Below are positions 51,051 to 64,000 of a stretch of DNA of 64,000 bases, one piece after another. The notes beneath the pieces are model-generated. The model was given only the letters and a program-made list of their open reading frames with translations. It was not told the DNA's origin and did no database searches. Every line of letters begins with the position of its first letter. Position 1 is the first letter of the stretch. Made by a program: the position numbers and the translations under genes. The stretch lies in NCBI RefSeq assembly GCF_009914755.1, contig NC_060934.1. The stretch is one strand, 5' to 3'. This DNA is from the human T2T-CHM13v2.0 reference genome, Homo sapiens.

Positions 51051-52084
51051 ATTATTGTCTGTTTATGGTCTTAATGTCTTCCTAAATTGTCTACGGTATT
51101 AAAACTGTTATGGTCATAAACATCTAAAATAATCTTCCATAGTTGACTGTGAAATTCTCCTTGTGAATTTCATAGTTGAGATTTTATTTTGATGTAATAA
51201 ATGAGCATAATTAACTTTTATTGTGTGCATTATTTGTGAGAATGTTTTAACGCCTGAAGTATAGCCATATATCTCCGCATTACATAAGGATTACCAAACT
51301 GAAAAATGCTGTCTTTAAAAATGGTTTGATCTCATTTGGAGATCTGAGTTTGCTTTTATGGCTGAGATTAATAAAATGTTGCTGTTTAAAATGAAACTGT
51401 TTTCTTTCTAGCACTTCATATTTTCGCTTGGTTAAAGAAGCAGCAGTAGCATGATTAGATGTCAGTAATTAAATATCTCTGTAGAACAGTATTTTAATAG
51501 GATATATTTAGAACACAGCCACACCAAAAACATTCCATTACATAGATACAGCTTTAATATTTAACAGCTTGTTTCTTAACTACCAAACCTTCTGGTGAGC
51601 TGATATTGACTATGTATAAAGGAAAGCAAGCCGTTTAGTGTCAAATTAAGAGAAGTGGAAAATATTATAATGGTATTTTTTATGTCTTGCTAGTCTCATT
51701 TTCAGCCAAGTATAATGTTTTTATTTAATACATTTAACTATCAATTCATCTCTCTTATTTTTAGCAATAGGAGCCTTCAATTTTCTCTAAACAAAATGAA
51801 GGTCTATCTAGGGACCAGAGAAGAAAAAAAAAAAACCGCTTTACTCAAGCACCATGAGACAACAAACATGTATGTGAAGTAACAGACATTAACCTAGGGC
51901 CCAGTAAAATTCTCTGAAACTAAAATGTCAAAACCACTGGTAAGTGATCTCAGGAAGTGGAAAAGAAAGCTACCTCATACTTCTCTTAGAGATAGTAACA
52001 TGTTTCTCCATTATATCATGTTAAGTGTGAGTTTGTAAATAAACAGAATTATCCATAATGTATCATGCACTGTGTCGTTGTTGT

Positions 52085-52365
52085 TATTTTTGAGATAGGG
52101 TGTCACTCTGTTGCCCAGGCTGGAGTGCAGTGGCACAATCATACATAGCTCACTGCAGCCTTGATATCCTGGGCTTAAGCAATCCTCCTGCCTCCATCTC
52201 CTGAGAAGCTGGGACTACAGGCGTGCACCACCATGCCCAGCTAATTGTTTTACTTTTTGTAGACATGCGGTCTCACTTTGTTGTCCAGGCTGGTCTCGAA
52301 CTCCTAGCTCAAATGATCCTCCCACCTCGGCCTCTCAGAGCGCTGGGATTATAGGCATGAGCCTG
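52085..52365 (-). mobile_element. Alu (AluJ)
   Basis: Antisense dimer. Confidence 0.95.
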
Positions 52366-52745
52366 GTCCACACTTTGTTTTTTTTTAAAGAACTTACCAT
52401 TCTCCCAAAATTTTCATTTCAATTCCACAACTCTTTACTATAGTTGCAGGCCTCAGAATAAGGAAGTTGGGATTCAGTTCTTTTTACTAAGAACATAAAG
52501 AACTGTCCATTCACTATAGTTGGAAGGGTGATCTTTGGCGATCCACAAGGGTAAACAGGTGGCTCATACTATCTCTAGGTTTCCACAGCCATAATGACAA
52601 AGATCATTCAGAGAACAAATGTGCATCCAACACTGATTCATTTCTCTGGTGGCGGAAGAATACAGCAGTCTGTCAGATACAGTAGACCTAACTGACTCTG
52701 CAGCTAAGCTGATGCAGGAGAAGTGAGCCCAAAACTGAGGCTTAG

Positions 52746-53078
<333 letters not shown>

Positions 53079-53400
53079 GGTCTTAACAACCTTAATTGGA
53101 GCAGCAGTGCACAGCAGCAGCAGAGGCACTGCTCCCTGCAGAGCAGGGCTACCCCATAGGCTGCACGCCCAGAGTAGCAGCTCAGAGGCCGTCCTGCAGT
53201 CCTATTTATACCTACTTTTTAATTAAATGCAAATTAAGGAGCTATTATGCAGAAATTTCTAGAAAATGGGTGATAACATCTGGGTCATTATGTCATTGCC
53301 ATGGAAAGGGGTGATCACTTCTGGGTGCTGCATAGCAATGGTAAACTGATATGGCACACTGGTGGGTGTGCTTTATGGAAAGCTGCCTCTGCTCTGTCCC

Positions 53401-53686
53401 TGAGTCTCGCTCTGTCGCCCAGGCTGGAGTGCAATGACGCGATCTCGGCTCCCTGCAACCTCCACCCTCCGCCTCCTGGGTTCAACCAATTCTTGTGCCT
53501 CCGCCTCCCAAGAAGCTGGGATTACAGGCACACACCACGAAGACTGACTAATGTTGTTGTATTTTTAGTAGATATGGGGTTTCACCATGTTGGCTAGGCT
53601 GGCCTCGAACCCCTGGCATCAAGTAATCTGCCCACCCGGGCCTCCCAAAGTGCTGGGATTACAGGCGTGAGCCACCGTGCCCGGCC
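53401..53686 (-). mobile_element. Alu
   Basis: Antisense Alu in MER66. Confidence 0.93.
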
Positions 53687-53809
53687 TGTCACTGTTTTAA
53701 CTAGTCCTCAATTTGGCCCGGTGTTAGAACCCTGTCTTCAGAGTCAAGTCCCACTTCCTGAGGCAAGTCCTGGCTCCTACCTCAAAAGTCTAAGGGCTCA
53801 AGGTCTGGT

Positions 53810-53960
53810 GGCACCACTTGTTCACTGGGTAACTCTGGGCAAGGGGCTAAGTATCCAAATCACAGCCTCTTACCTGTGAAATGAGAGCTAATACTGGTAC
53901 CTACTTTCTGGAAATGTCAGAATGTTTAAGCCTAGTATTTAATGAGTGCCCAATAAGTAT
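53810..53960 (+). mobile_element. MIR remnant
   Basis: GGGTAACTCTGGGCAAG...ACCTGTGAAATGAG...AGTGCCCAATAA. Confidence 0.55.
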
Positions 53961-54092
53961 GAGAAGAACAAAGATGAAACATCGCTAGAGAAAGATCAAA
54001 TGGGGGAGATTGCATATGGAGATAGAGTGCCTATCGGATTACAGCAAATCCTTTTGCAGAAAGGTGGGTAGGAGGGTAATGCAGAAAGAGAC

Positions 54093-54282
54093 GAACTTTA
54101 CCATGAACTTTACCATGAACTTTACCATGAACTTTACCATGAACTTTACCATGAACTTTACCATGAACTTTACCATGAACTTTACCATGAACTTTACCAT
54201 GAACTTTACCATGAACTTTACCATGAACTTTACCATGAACTTTACCATGAACTTTACCATGAACTTTACCATGAACTTTACC
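54093..54282. repeat. Perfect 12-bp tandem repeat (GAACTTTACCAT)x15.8, minisatellite/VNTR
   Basis: 15 identical units from 54093 plus GAACTTTACC (54273-54282), no internal mismatch. Confidence 0.99.
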
Positions 54283-55596
54283 GTAGTTACATAGAAGAGC
54301 AAAGTGTGACAATCCCAGCCAGGCTGTGGTTCCCTCAGGCTCAGTTCTAGTTTAGGGGGTTACCTAAAAATAAGAAGTTTTCCTCTTAACTGCAATGTGC
54401 CTCATCTTGACCTTTGATCCTTAAAATATGGGTTAATGGTCTGGCCTTTTGAACTTAATTATGACAACAATATTCACTAATGCAGACCTGGAGCAGACTA
54501 TGCATGTAAACAATTGTGTTCAAGCCTCTTTAATCTGGTTATTAATGAGTGCTTAGTAAAACTGTGTTGGGTAGTTGAAATTCCTGAGAATCTTGTAGTT
54601 ACTATGCGCCATTATCTGTGGAACATCAGGTACCTTGCATAGAGGTGGGGGACTGAAGGGGCAGCTTGCATTACTTCTAGCAAATGAGGACATTGGGGCC
54701 CCAAGTGAGACGCTGCCAAGTGACTGCTTTGTGGAGGCAGCACATTGTCAGGGAAAAAAAAAAAGTAGCAGAGAATCACTCCTTCTGTTCTTCTGCACTA
54801 TTCTCTATCCAAGATCATAATCAATATCCTTTCACACAGAATGGCCTATCAATAGCTGGAATGGGAAAACAATACTTTATTTCAGATTCATCTTTCAAGA
54901 ACCTCAAGAGCAGGAGATTTTGATAAAGAAGAGCAGTAAATATTCTCTGGGCCGAGGAACTGAAAGAGGACAAACACTGTTCTCGTTCAGTCTGTTAGGA
55001 GGGGGAATTAAAGCCTTCGCTAGAAGCAATATTTCTATGAAATCCTCCCTGATCATTTCCACCAGAGTCTACCCTGATCAAAAGCCACACTATTTAAAAA
55101 GAAATAAGAGTGGATATCACCGAGAATAATGTGAGCATGGAAGGGGAGGTGCACAGGAGAATAAGTCAGAGAGATAGCATTAAAATGCCTTTTCATACTC
55201 GACACAGAAGAAACCTTATCTTCAAAACATAAAAGAGGCTGATGAATATATGAGCCGCTGATACCCTGCTAGATCTTAGATTCCATCTTGGAGGGAGAAA
55301 GGAATGATTTCATTGTGGTGTTTTGAAAAGAAACCTACAGAGAATGAAGAAGTATCTTCACTTAAAGATTGGACAGCATGATACCACATTCTGAGAAGTT
55401 GTCTCCTGTCAGAAGCCATCATGCCTTCCCTGATTTTTATGGGATTTGACACAAACTGAAGGAGGGTCGCAAATAAAGTACTTTCTCTCTCTCTCTCTCT
55501 CAGTCTCTCTTTCTCTCAAAATCGCTCTACCTCTGGTTTAAAAACAATGCAAAGAGTGAAGATGTTGCCTCCATCACAGACAAAGTGGAGTGCTGA

Positions 55597-55893
<297 letters not shown>

Positions 55894-56178
55894 CAGAGTG
55901 CTGTTTTTAAGTTAGTAGTTACTTCAAAGTCATTAGGGTTGAAGAATAATGAAGGAAGATACATTAGAAAACACTTTGCATCTATAGCATAGCAGTGAAA
56001 TAGCTATCAACCCAACAGAAATGAACAAGCTGAAAATGGCTTCATTCATTTTAAAATAATTTAAATCCAACTCATTGAAAATAATGAAATCAGTTGTCCA
56101 TACATAGAAAAATTAGGGCAGTGAAATGGACCATATTGAAACACCATTCTCTTACTCTGATATCTTTGGATCATAGCC

Positions 56179-56407
56179 TAGGGATCCCCACCCTTAGTGC
56201 TTCTGACATTTTGGGCTGCATGAGTGTTTGTTATGGGGAGCTATCCTGTCCATTGTAGGATGTTTAGCAGCATTTTTGAACTTTTACCACTAGATGCTAG
56301 TAGCACCCTCCACCCAAGTTAAGACACCAAAAATGTCTCTAGAATTGTCAGCTGTTCCCAGGGCAGGGGGAGGGAGGCACAAAATCACCCCTGGTTGAGA
56401 ACGGCTG
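56179..56407 (+). mobile_element. MER20 hAT-Charlie MITE
   Basis: TGACATTTTGGGCTG...TCCTGTCCATTGTAGGATGTTTAGCAGCAT...CCCTGGTTGAGAACGGCTG. Confidence 0.85.
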
Positions 56408-56415
56408 CCTTAGAG

Positions 56416-56901
56416 CAGGGGTCCCCAACCCCTGGGCCAGGGACCAGTACCAGTTACTGTTAGGAACCAGGCCACACAGCAGGAGGTGAGTGGCAGGTGA
56501 GTGAGAGAAGCTTCATCTGTATTTACAGCCACCCCGCATTGCTCACATTACCGCCTAAACTCTGCCTCCTGTTAGAATAGCAGCAGCATTAGATTCTTAC
56601 AGGTGTGTGAACCCTACTGTGAACTGTGCATGTGAAAGATCGAGGTTGTGCGCTCCTTATGAGAGTCTAATGCCTGACGACCTGTCACTGTCTCCCATCA
56701 CCCCTACATGGGACTGTTGCAGGAAAACAAGCTCAGGCCTCCCACTGATTCTAAATTATGGTGAGTATGTAATAATAATAGAAATAAAGTACACAACAAA
56801 TGTAATGCACTTGAATCAGTCTGAAAGCATTCCTCGTCTCTCCCCACCCAAATTGTCTTCCCCAAAACTGGTCCCTGGTGCCAAAAGGTTGGGGACTGCT
56901 G
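56416..56901 (+). mobile_element. MER1A-like hAT-Charlie element
   Basis: CAGGGGTCCCCAACC...GGTTGGGGACTGCTG TIRs; TSD CCTTAGAG/CACTAGAG. Confidence 0.88.
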
Positions 56902-57125
56902 CACTAGAGCTGATTCTGGTTTTCACTGCTGGGCACTCTGCGATCCACTCAGATAGCCCAAAAGACACAGCTGCTATCACCACCAACTTCTTGAATATCT
57001 CAGGATTCACCTCCGAATGTGCTAACCCATCCTATCCTTAGCCAATCACCCTAAGCATTATTTCCCCCTACATGGTCCCTCCACAGACCATTTTGTTTTC
57101 TCAGGCACTTGTCCAACAATTCCGC

Positions 57126-57454
57126 TGCTATAAACGAACTGTTTGTGTCCCTCCCAAAATTCATAGATTGAAGCTTAATCCCCAAGGTGATTGGGTCTTG
57201 ATCACGGCATGAGAGTGAAGCCTTCATGAATGGGATTAGTGCCCTCATCAAGGAGACCCCAGCGAGCTGCCTCACTCCTTCCACCATAGAAAGACCCAGA
57301 AAGAGGGTGGCCATCTAAGAACCAGGACACTGAATTGGCCAGAGACTTGACCTTGGACTTTCCAGCCTCTAGAAATGCAAGAAATAAATTTCTGCTATTA
57401 ATAAGCCACTCCGTCTATGAGAGTTTGTTACAGCAGCCCAAACAGACCGAGACA
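57126..57454 (+). mobile_element. MLT1A/MST-type MaLR LTR
   Basis: TTTGTGTCCCTCCCAAAATTCAT...GAATGGGATTAGTGCCCT...AGAAATAAATTTCTG...GCAGCCCAAACAGACCGAGACA. Confidence 0.85.
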
Positions 57455-57524
57455 TCCACCAAAATGTTTTCAGGGTCTCTATTTAGAAGGTGTGGCTTAC
57501 AAGGGGGAAAGAGCATTTATTGCA

Positions 57525-57720
57525 AAGTTGGACAGCCCTGGGTTCAAATCCTGCCCCTGCCACTTAGCAGCAATGAGATACTTTTTTTTGGCAAGTCATT
57601 TTCCTTTCTGACTCTTGGCTTCTTACATGAAAACAATTAGAATAATTATAACTTCCCTATAGAAATGTTGCTGCTTAAATGATATTGTGTGTAAAGACCC
57701 TATAAGCAGCTGGAGGTGCT
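57525..57720 (+). mobile_element. MIR remnant
   Basis: CCTGGGTTCAAATCCTG...CCACTTA...TTGGCAAGTCATT. Confidence 0.65.
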
Positions 57721-59586
57721 GTTTTCACCAGAAATTGAAAATATATTGCTTCCAATTTGAAAGGAAAAACAGAGGGCCAGTTGGGGCTGAAATAGTATTT
57801 GATAAACTAGGACAAGAATCAAAATTGACGGCACTGAGACAGAAGGAGTGGTCAGGAGAAGCAGGCAGGAACGCAGGGGGCACAGATCACCTGGCTCTTG
57901 CAAGGAGCTTAATGATTATGACGGTCAGGGCCAGGAAATACCGAATTATGAAAGTACAAAGATGGAAATAAAAGTATGTGTGCCTAAAATAAACACAAAT
58001 GAATCAAGCTGTGATCAATCCTTTTTTTGCTTCATTGTGTTTCACTAGCTGACTAATTTCACCTCATCGATTTTCTTACTAATTTCGAAGTGGTCTCTCT
58101 GTTTGGAAAAGAACCCCTCATTTCTTTCAGGTTAATTTGTATCTGCTGAGATTGGTTCATCACTTAAACAATCAAAATATATTATTAGTGCAATGTGACA
58201 TTTCTATAGCATCTATTTTTGTAATACAAGAAAAAAAAAGGTGCCTACCAAATGTCTTTGCCAGATATAAAGTTTTTCTAGCCTTCATTTTTAAAGGGAA
58301 AGTAAGTGTTAAAAACTCAGCTAATTTAAGGAATTAGATTTTAAAAAAATAATGAACAAAATGCATTGCATTGTTAAATCCATTTTTAAAGTGAACTTCT
58401 TTATGTCTAGAATAGCACACTAACGATAATGGGGTAAGGTTTGAAGATAAATGCAATCTTCAATACAATCTTCCCTTTGAATCCAATATTATTATAAAAT
58501 TTCATTGTTGCTTAATTAGGGTGTAAGACGATAGGTCAATATATCCTTTTACTGTAACAAATGGTCAAGAGAAAAATTATTGTATAGCATCAGAATAATA
58601 AAGCAGTAGCTGACAACTGCAGTTTTCTATCAGATGCATTCCTAATAGTTCCATACAATCACTATTAGACCAAGCCTCGCTGAGGAATGTCAGGAAAAGT
58701 AAAACAGACAGCCATCTCTTTAAGGCACTTGGAACAATTTAGTTTGACTTAATAGGGTCTTTCTCTGGGAGTCAGAATAGACGTATAAGCAGCTCCACCA
58801 ACATTTTCGGATCTTATTTGTGTTAGAAATGGCAGCTGCTTTTGATCATGTTGGTCACAGAGTCCTTTCATTTGCCTTGCACATAAGGTTGGGCTCCTAC
58901 CTGATAGTATCTTGTTTCTCTACTCTCTTAAATGTTTCTCTGCCTTTGTTTCAGTTTAAACAAATGAGAATCTGGCAATAATCCATCGAATTTTGTACTT
59001 CCTGCAGTCAGCATTCTGTGCACGTGTCTTCAGCCCTGGCACTTCAGTTCCTGTGTGTGTCTCCCACTGTGCCTGTTTTTAGGTGTCATGTATGTTATCT
59101 CTGTTATATCCAGCTTTATCACTCTATTTTTGAACAGCTACTAAGGAGGTCTTGCCTCTATAAAAATCACAAATGAAGACAACTTCTTTTTCATGTTAAT
59201 AGAAGAGAAATCCTAGACATTTTATGATCAAACCCTACCTCTTTTTAAAATGTGTAGAAAAACAAAGAACTTCACTTTTATTGCATTGTCTGTTTCATTT
59301 TTGAAAATAGTTTAGGGTGCATATCACCACGAAACTTCCCATAGCAACAAGGCGTTTGAAAGAATATGGCTTCCTTTTACATTTTCTAGGATAAATGGCT
59401 GTGAGCTACTTTGATTCTTGCTTTTAAAATGTATTCCCATAATATTCACAAGTAGGACACACCCCAAAATTGACTGTGTGTGACTCAAAACCAACTGGGT
59501 AAATTATTTCTATTTTCTCACTTTAATTTTAATTATGACTAATATTAGGTACTAAATCTCAAGGAAGCAAAATTCTTTTTCTGTGT

Positions 59587-60149
<563 letters not shown>

Positions 60150-60846
60150 TCAATGTTGTTTCTTTGTTTGCCCTGCCTCATTAAACATCTTATCTCCTAT
60201 GAGCTGAAAAGCCTCACCAACTGCAGTAAGGAAGTAACCTGGACTAATTTCACATTTTCTAAAGCCTCAAAAGCCACCAATCTGCTGGTGGAAGATTCCT
60301 GTGATCAACAGTGTGCCCAGGAAATCCACACTCAACATTCATACAACCTGGTGTTCTTTTGAAGAACAGTTGCTGCAAAGCATGCCTGGATGTTGATGTT
60401 TTGAAATGAACAGCTGCATTCATGATGGAGGAGATAAGGAATAGTAAGTCCAAATTTTCAATATTTGTGAATTTAAAAAATATGTTTGCTTTCTTCAAAT
60501 GGAAGGGAATAATAATAGATCTAGAGGGTGATGCCATGGAAATCTGGCACCAAATTTCTGTGTTTGTAGAAATGCATAGCTCACACCATCCCTATTTACA
60601 CAGTTCTGGTTTACATTAGCAAAGGTACCTGTTACATATTTGTTGATGTTCTCTTACCTTACCTTGTGTTGTTGATGCTGTTTTGTTTTTATATGAAGAA
60701 CCACAGAAGTATGAGGTTCTGTTTCATGTGTCTCATGAAACATCTATTTACTTAAACATGGAAGTCTGCAAAGAAATAGAGAGGGAGCATGAAAACGCAT
60801 ACAATAGAGGAGAGAGATTCATTATATATCAAGATATGCATGTGTT

Positions 60847-60926
60847 GGCCAGGTGCGGTGGCTCATGCCTATAATCCCAGCAGTTTGGGAGATCGAGGCA
60901 CGTGGATCACTTGAGGTCAGGAGTTT
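60847..60926 (+). mobile_element. Alu 5' fragment
   Basis: First ~80 nt of the left arm only. Confidence 0.88.
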
Positions 60927-61095
60927 ATGCAGATTTGTAGCCTAGAAGCAACAGGCTGTAGCATCTAGCTTAGGTGTGTAGTACGCTACACCATCTTGGT
61001 TTTGTGTAAGTATATTACAGTGTTCACACAATGATGAAATTGCCTAATGACATATTTCTCAGAACCCATCCCCATCATTAAGTGATGCATAATTG
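60927..61095 (+). mobile_element. Tigger3 (MER7) terminal fragment
   Basis: TTGTAGCCTAGAAGCAACAGGCT...TTTCTCAGAAC...TTAAGTGATGCATAATTG followed by TA. Confidence 0.8.
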
Positions 61096-61429
61096 TATAT
61101 AACATTTAAATTTTCATGTCCGTAAATCAGTAATCTGTACTTTTAACAGCTACCCAGATGACAGACACATATCACCTAGTAACTTCCTTGAGAAAATATA
61201 TAAAGAAAATGAGCTTGTGCGTTGTGTTGGAAAAGTGGTTACGAAGACTATTCATGGTTCCCAAGATAGAATTTTAAAAATAAAAATAAAGAAAATGAAG
61301 CAAAAAAAAAAAGAAAAGAAAAGATAGGACCAGCTAGAAGCTTAATTTCAAAAAATGTACTGGAAGCAGAGAATCAAAAACGTGTAAAAGCTGTTATCTT
61401 CAATGGTAGCAATCTTTCCTGGCAAGATC

Positions 61430-61728
61430 TTTTTTTTTTTCTTTTCTTTGAGATAGAGTCTTGCTCTGTCACCAGGGTGGAGTGCAGTTGTGCGATCTCA
61501 ACTAACTACAACCTCTGATTCCCTAGTTTAAGCAATTCTCCTGCCTCAGCCTCCCAAGTAGCTGGGATTACAGGCACGTGCCACCACGCCCAACTAATTT
61601 TTGTATTTTTAGTAGAGATGGGGTTTCACCATGTTGGCCAACATGGTCTCGATCTCCTGACCTCGTGATCGGCCCGCCTCGGCCTCCCACAGTGCTGGAA
61701 TTACAGGTGTGAGCCACTGCACCTGGCC
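61430..61728 (-). mobile_element. Alu (AluS)
   Basis: Antisense dimer; TSD TCCTGG(C/T)AAGAT. Confidence 0.95.
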
Positions 61729-62300
61729 CTCCTGGTAAGATTTTTAAAAGAAAAGTAATCAATATCTACGCATACACCCACCACTCTTACTTATAGCACA
61801 GTCCTATTGCTCACATAGCACAATGTGAATTACAGGGTGCTGCAGACTTGTTACTGTCTTTTCATTTTGTCTCATTTTGCTTTTTTGGTTGCCTACACTA
61901 TCTGGGCCTTTTTCTATACTTAGGCAATAGGCACCATTTGGGAACTGGTAGGAGAAAAAGTCCACATTCTACTATAGAAGCCCCACAATACCAAATCCCT
62001 TGCAGGTAGGCACTGGGTCTATTGGTCCTTGATCTATCAATACATAAACTCTTCACTTAGAATTGAGAACCAAATGACTCAAAATTTTTGGTGGCAATGG
62101 CAGTAGCATCCAATTTCCGGAGATGACAACGGCAGACTAGACCTAAGTATTTACAAATTTACGAGTAACATGAATTCATAAAGCAAACATGTCCTCAACC
62201 GCCATGTGTCACTATAGCAAAGACCACATTAATTTGTGAGCATCCTCAGGAGTGCAAATTAGAACATGAAAAGAAGCAGGAAAGTAAAGCATATGTTTAA

Positions 62301-62440
<140 letters not shown>

Positions 62441-62623
62441 ATCCTTGGATAGTCAACATTTCTGCTAAGAAATGTCGTTTCCTATGTAAGAATAAATTGC
62501 ATTGATAGTGTCTGAGGTGGATCTGACTAGTTAATTCTGCACTTCTCCTACCTAAGTTCTTTTGCTCCTTCTTTTCCGTATGCTCTGAAGCAGTATTCAT
62601 CTCTAATGTTGGCAGGGATGCTA

Positions 62624-63079
<456 letters not shown>

Positions 63080-63094
<15 letters not shown>

Positions 63095-63258
63095 GAAAGG
63101 AAGGAAGGAAGGGAGGAAGGGAGAAAGGGAGAGAAGGAGAGAGAGAGAAAGGGAGAAAAAGAGAGAGAGAGAAAGGGAGGAAGGGAGAGAAAGAGAAAGA
63201 AAAAAAGGAAGGAAGGAAGGAAGGAAGAAAGAAAGGAAGGAAGGAAGGAAGGAAGGAA

Positions 63259-63332
<74 letters not shown>

Positions 63333-63335
63333 AAA
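63080..63335 (+). repeat. 256-nt pure polypurine tract including (GGAA)5, (GGAA)7 and (GAAA)18
   Basis: No C or T between 63080 and 63335. Confidence 0.97.
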
Positions 63336-63340
63336 TGCTC

Positions 63341-63477
63341 TTTTTTTTTTTTAAAGACAGATGAGGTCTTGTTGTGTTGTCCAGGCTGATTTTGAACTCC
63401 TGAGCTGAGCTCAAGTGACCCTCCCACATCAGACCTCCCAAGTGCTCAGATTGCAGGCATGAGCCACTATACTGGGC
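63341..63477 (-). mobile_element. Alu monomer (FLAM-like)
   Basis: Left arm, antisense. Confidence 0.85.
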
Positions 63478-64000
63478 CCCTGGACTGGCTCCGTTGTCCT
63501 TTGTTGCTTAGTCTCCTTTTCCTCCTATTTAGACCTTCTTACCTGCCTTCCTGCCTTCCTGCCTTCCTGACAGTTGTTGTTACTGGATATCCATTCATAA
63601 AAATGGCTGCTTTACAGCTTAAATCCACCAGGGTTTTACACAAGTTCCATAACCCATCCCAATAGAGCACAGGCACTATTGAATTTGCTAAATCATAAGG
63701 TCCACGTGAAAGAATTTCTTCTACTGCAGCTTTGATCAGCTAGAAAGTTTCTCTTTCCTTCTCCTCCTGGTAAATAAGAGGCGAAAAAGAAAACTTCCCT
63801 GAATTTTTTTCGGTGTTTCTATAAGAAGCCCTAGCCTTCATCTGTAGCCATTTGTCTAGTTAATTGTTCTGATCGGAAACAGTACTAACTTCTCTTATCT
63901 CCCCAGGTGAACCAAAGAGTTACAGCCTGAGTAGGTACCTTAGGCTGAGCCCAAGTTGCAAGAGAAGCAGCAATACTACATTTCTAGGTATCTGCATTTC

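Noticed and set aside
54093-54282. CRISPR array or telomeric repeat interpretation
   Set aside because: Units are contiguous with no spacers, there are no cas genes, the context is eukaryotic, and the unit is unrelated to TTAGGG
54010-54294. (MNFT)n ORF as a real CDS
   Set aside because: The open frame follows from the 12-bp period; no promoter, splice or homology support

Overview
Primate (human-like) intergenic or intronic DNA. No protein-coding gene, tRNA, rRNA or CRISPR array is supportable. Nearly all ORFs in the track are Alu, LTR or LINE read-throughs. The window holds about 65 Alu copies or fragments (roughly 30% of bases), old L1, L2, L3/CR1 and MIR remnants, several solo LTRs (MER4, MER41A-type, MER83/84-like, LTR8, LTR16, MER39, MER66, MLT1/MST) and DNA-transposon relics (MER81, MER58A, MER20, MER1A, MER5A, Tigger3). 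A decayed U13 snoRNA retrocopy lies at 48964-49068 (-). The most anomalous stretch is a perfectly homogeneous 12-bp tandem array (GAACTTTACCAT x15.8, 54093-54282) in otherwise unique DNA. Other notable items are a retroposition hot spot at 48.9-49.5 kb, small templated-looking insertions, nested elements, a 256-nt pure purine tract and several TE-free candidate regulatory blocks. Repeat family names come from recalled consensus sequences, and their boundaries are approximate (about 10-30 bp) unless termini or TSDs are quoted.
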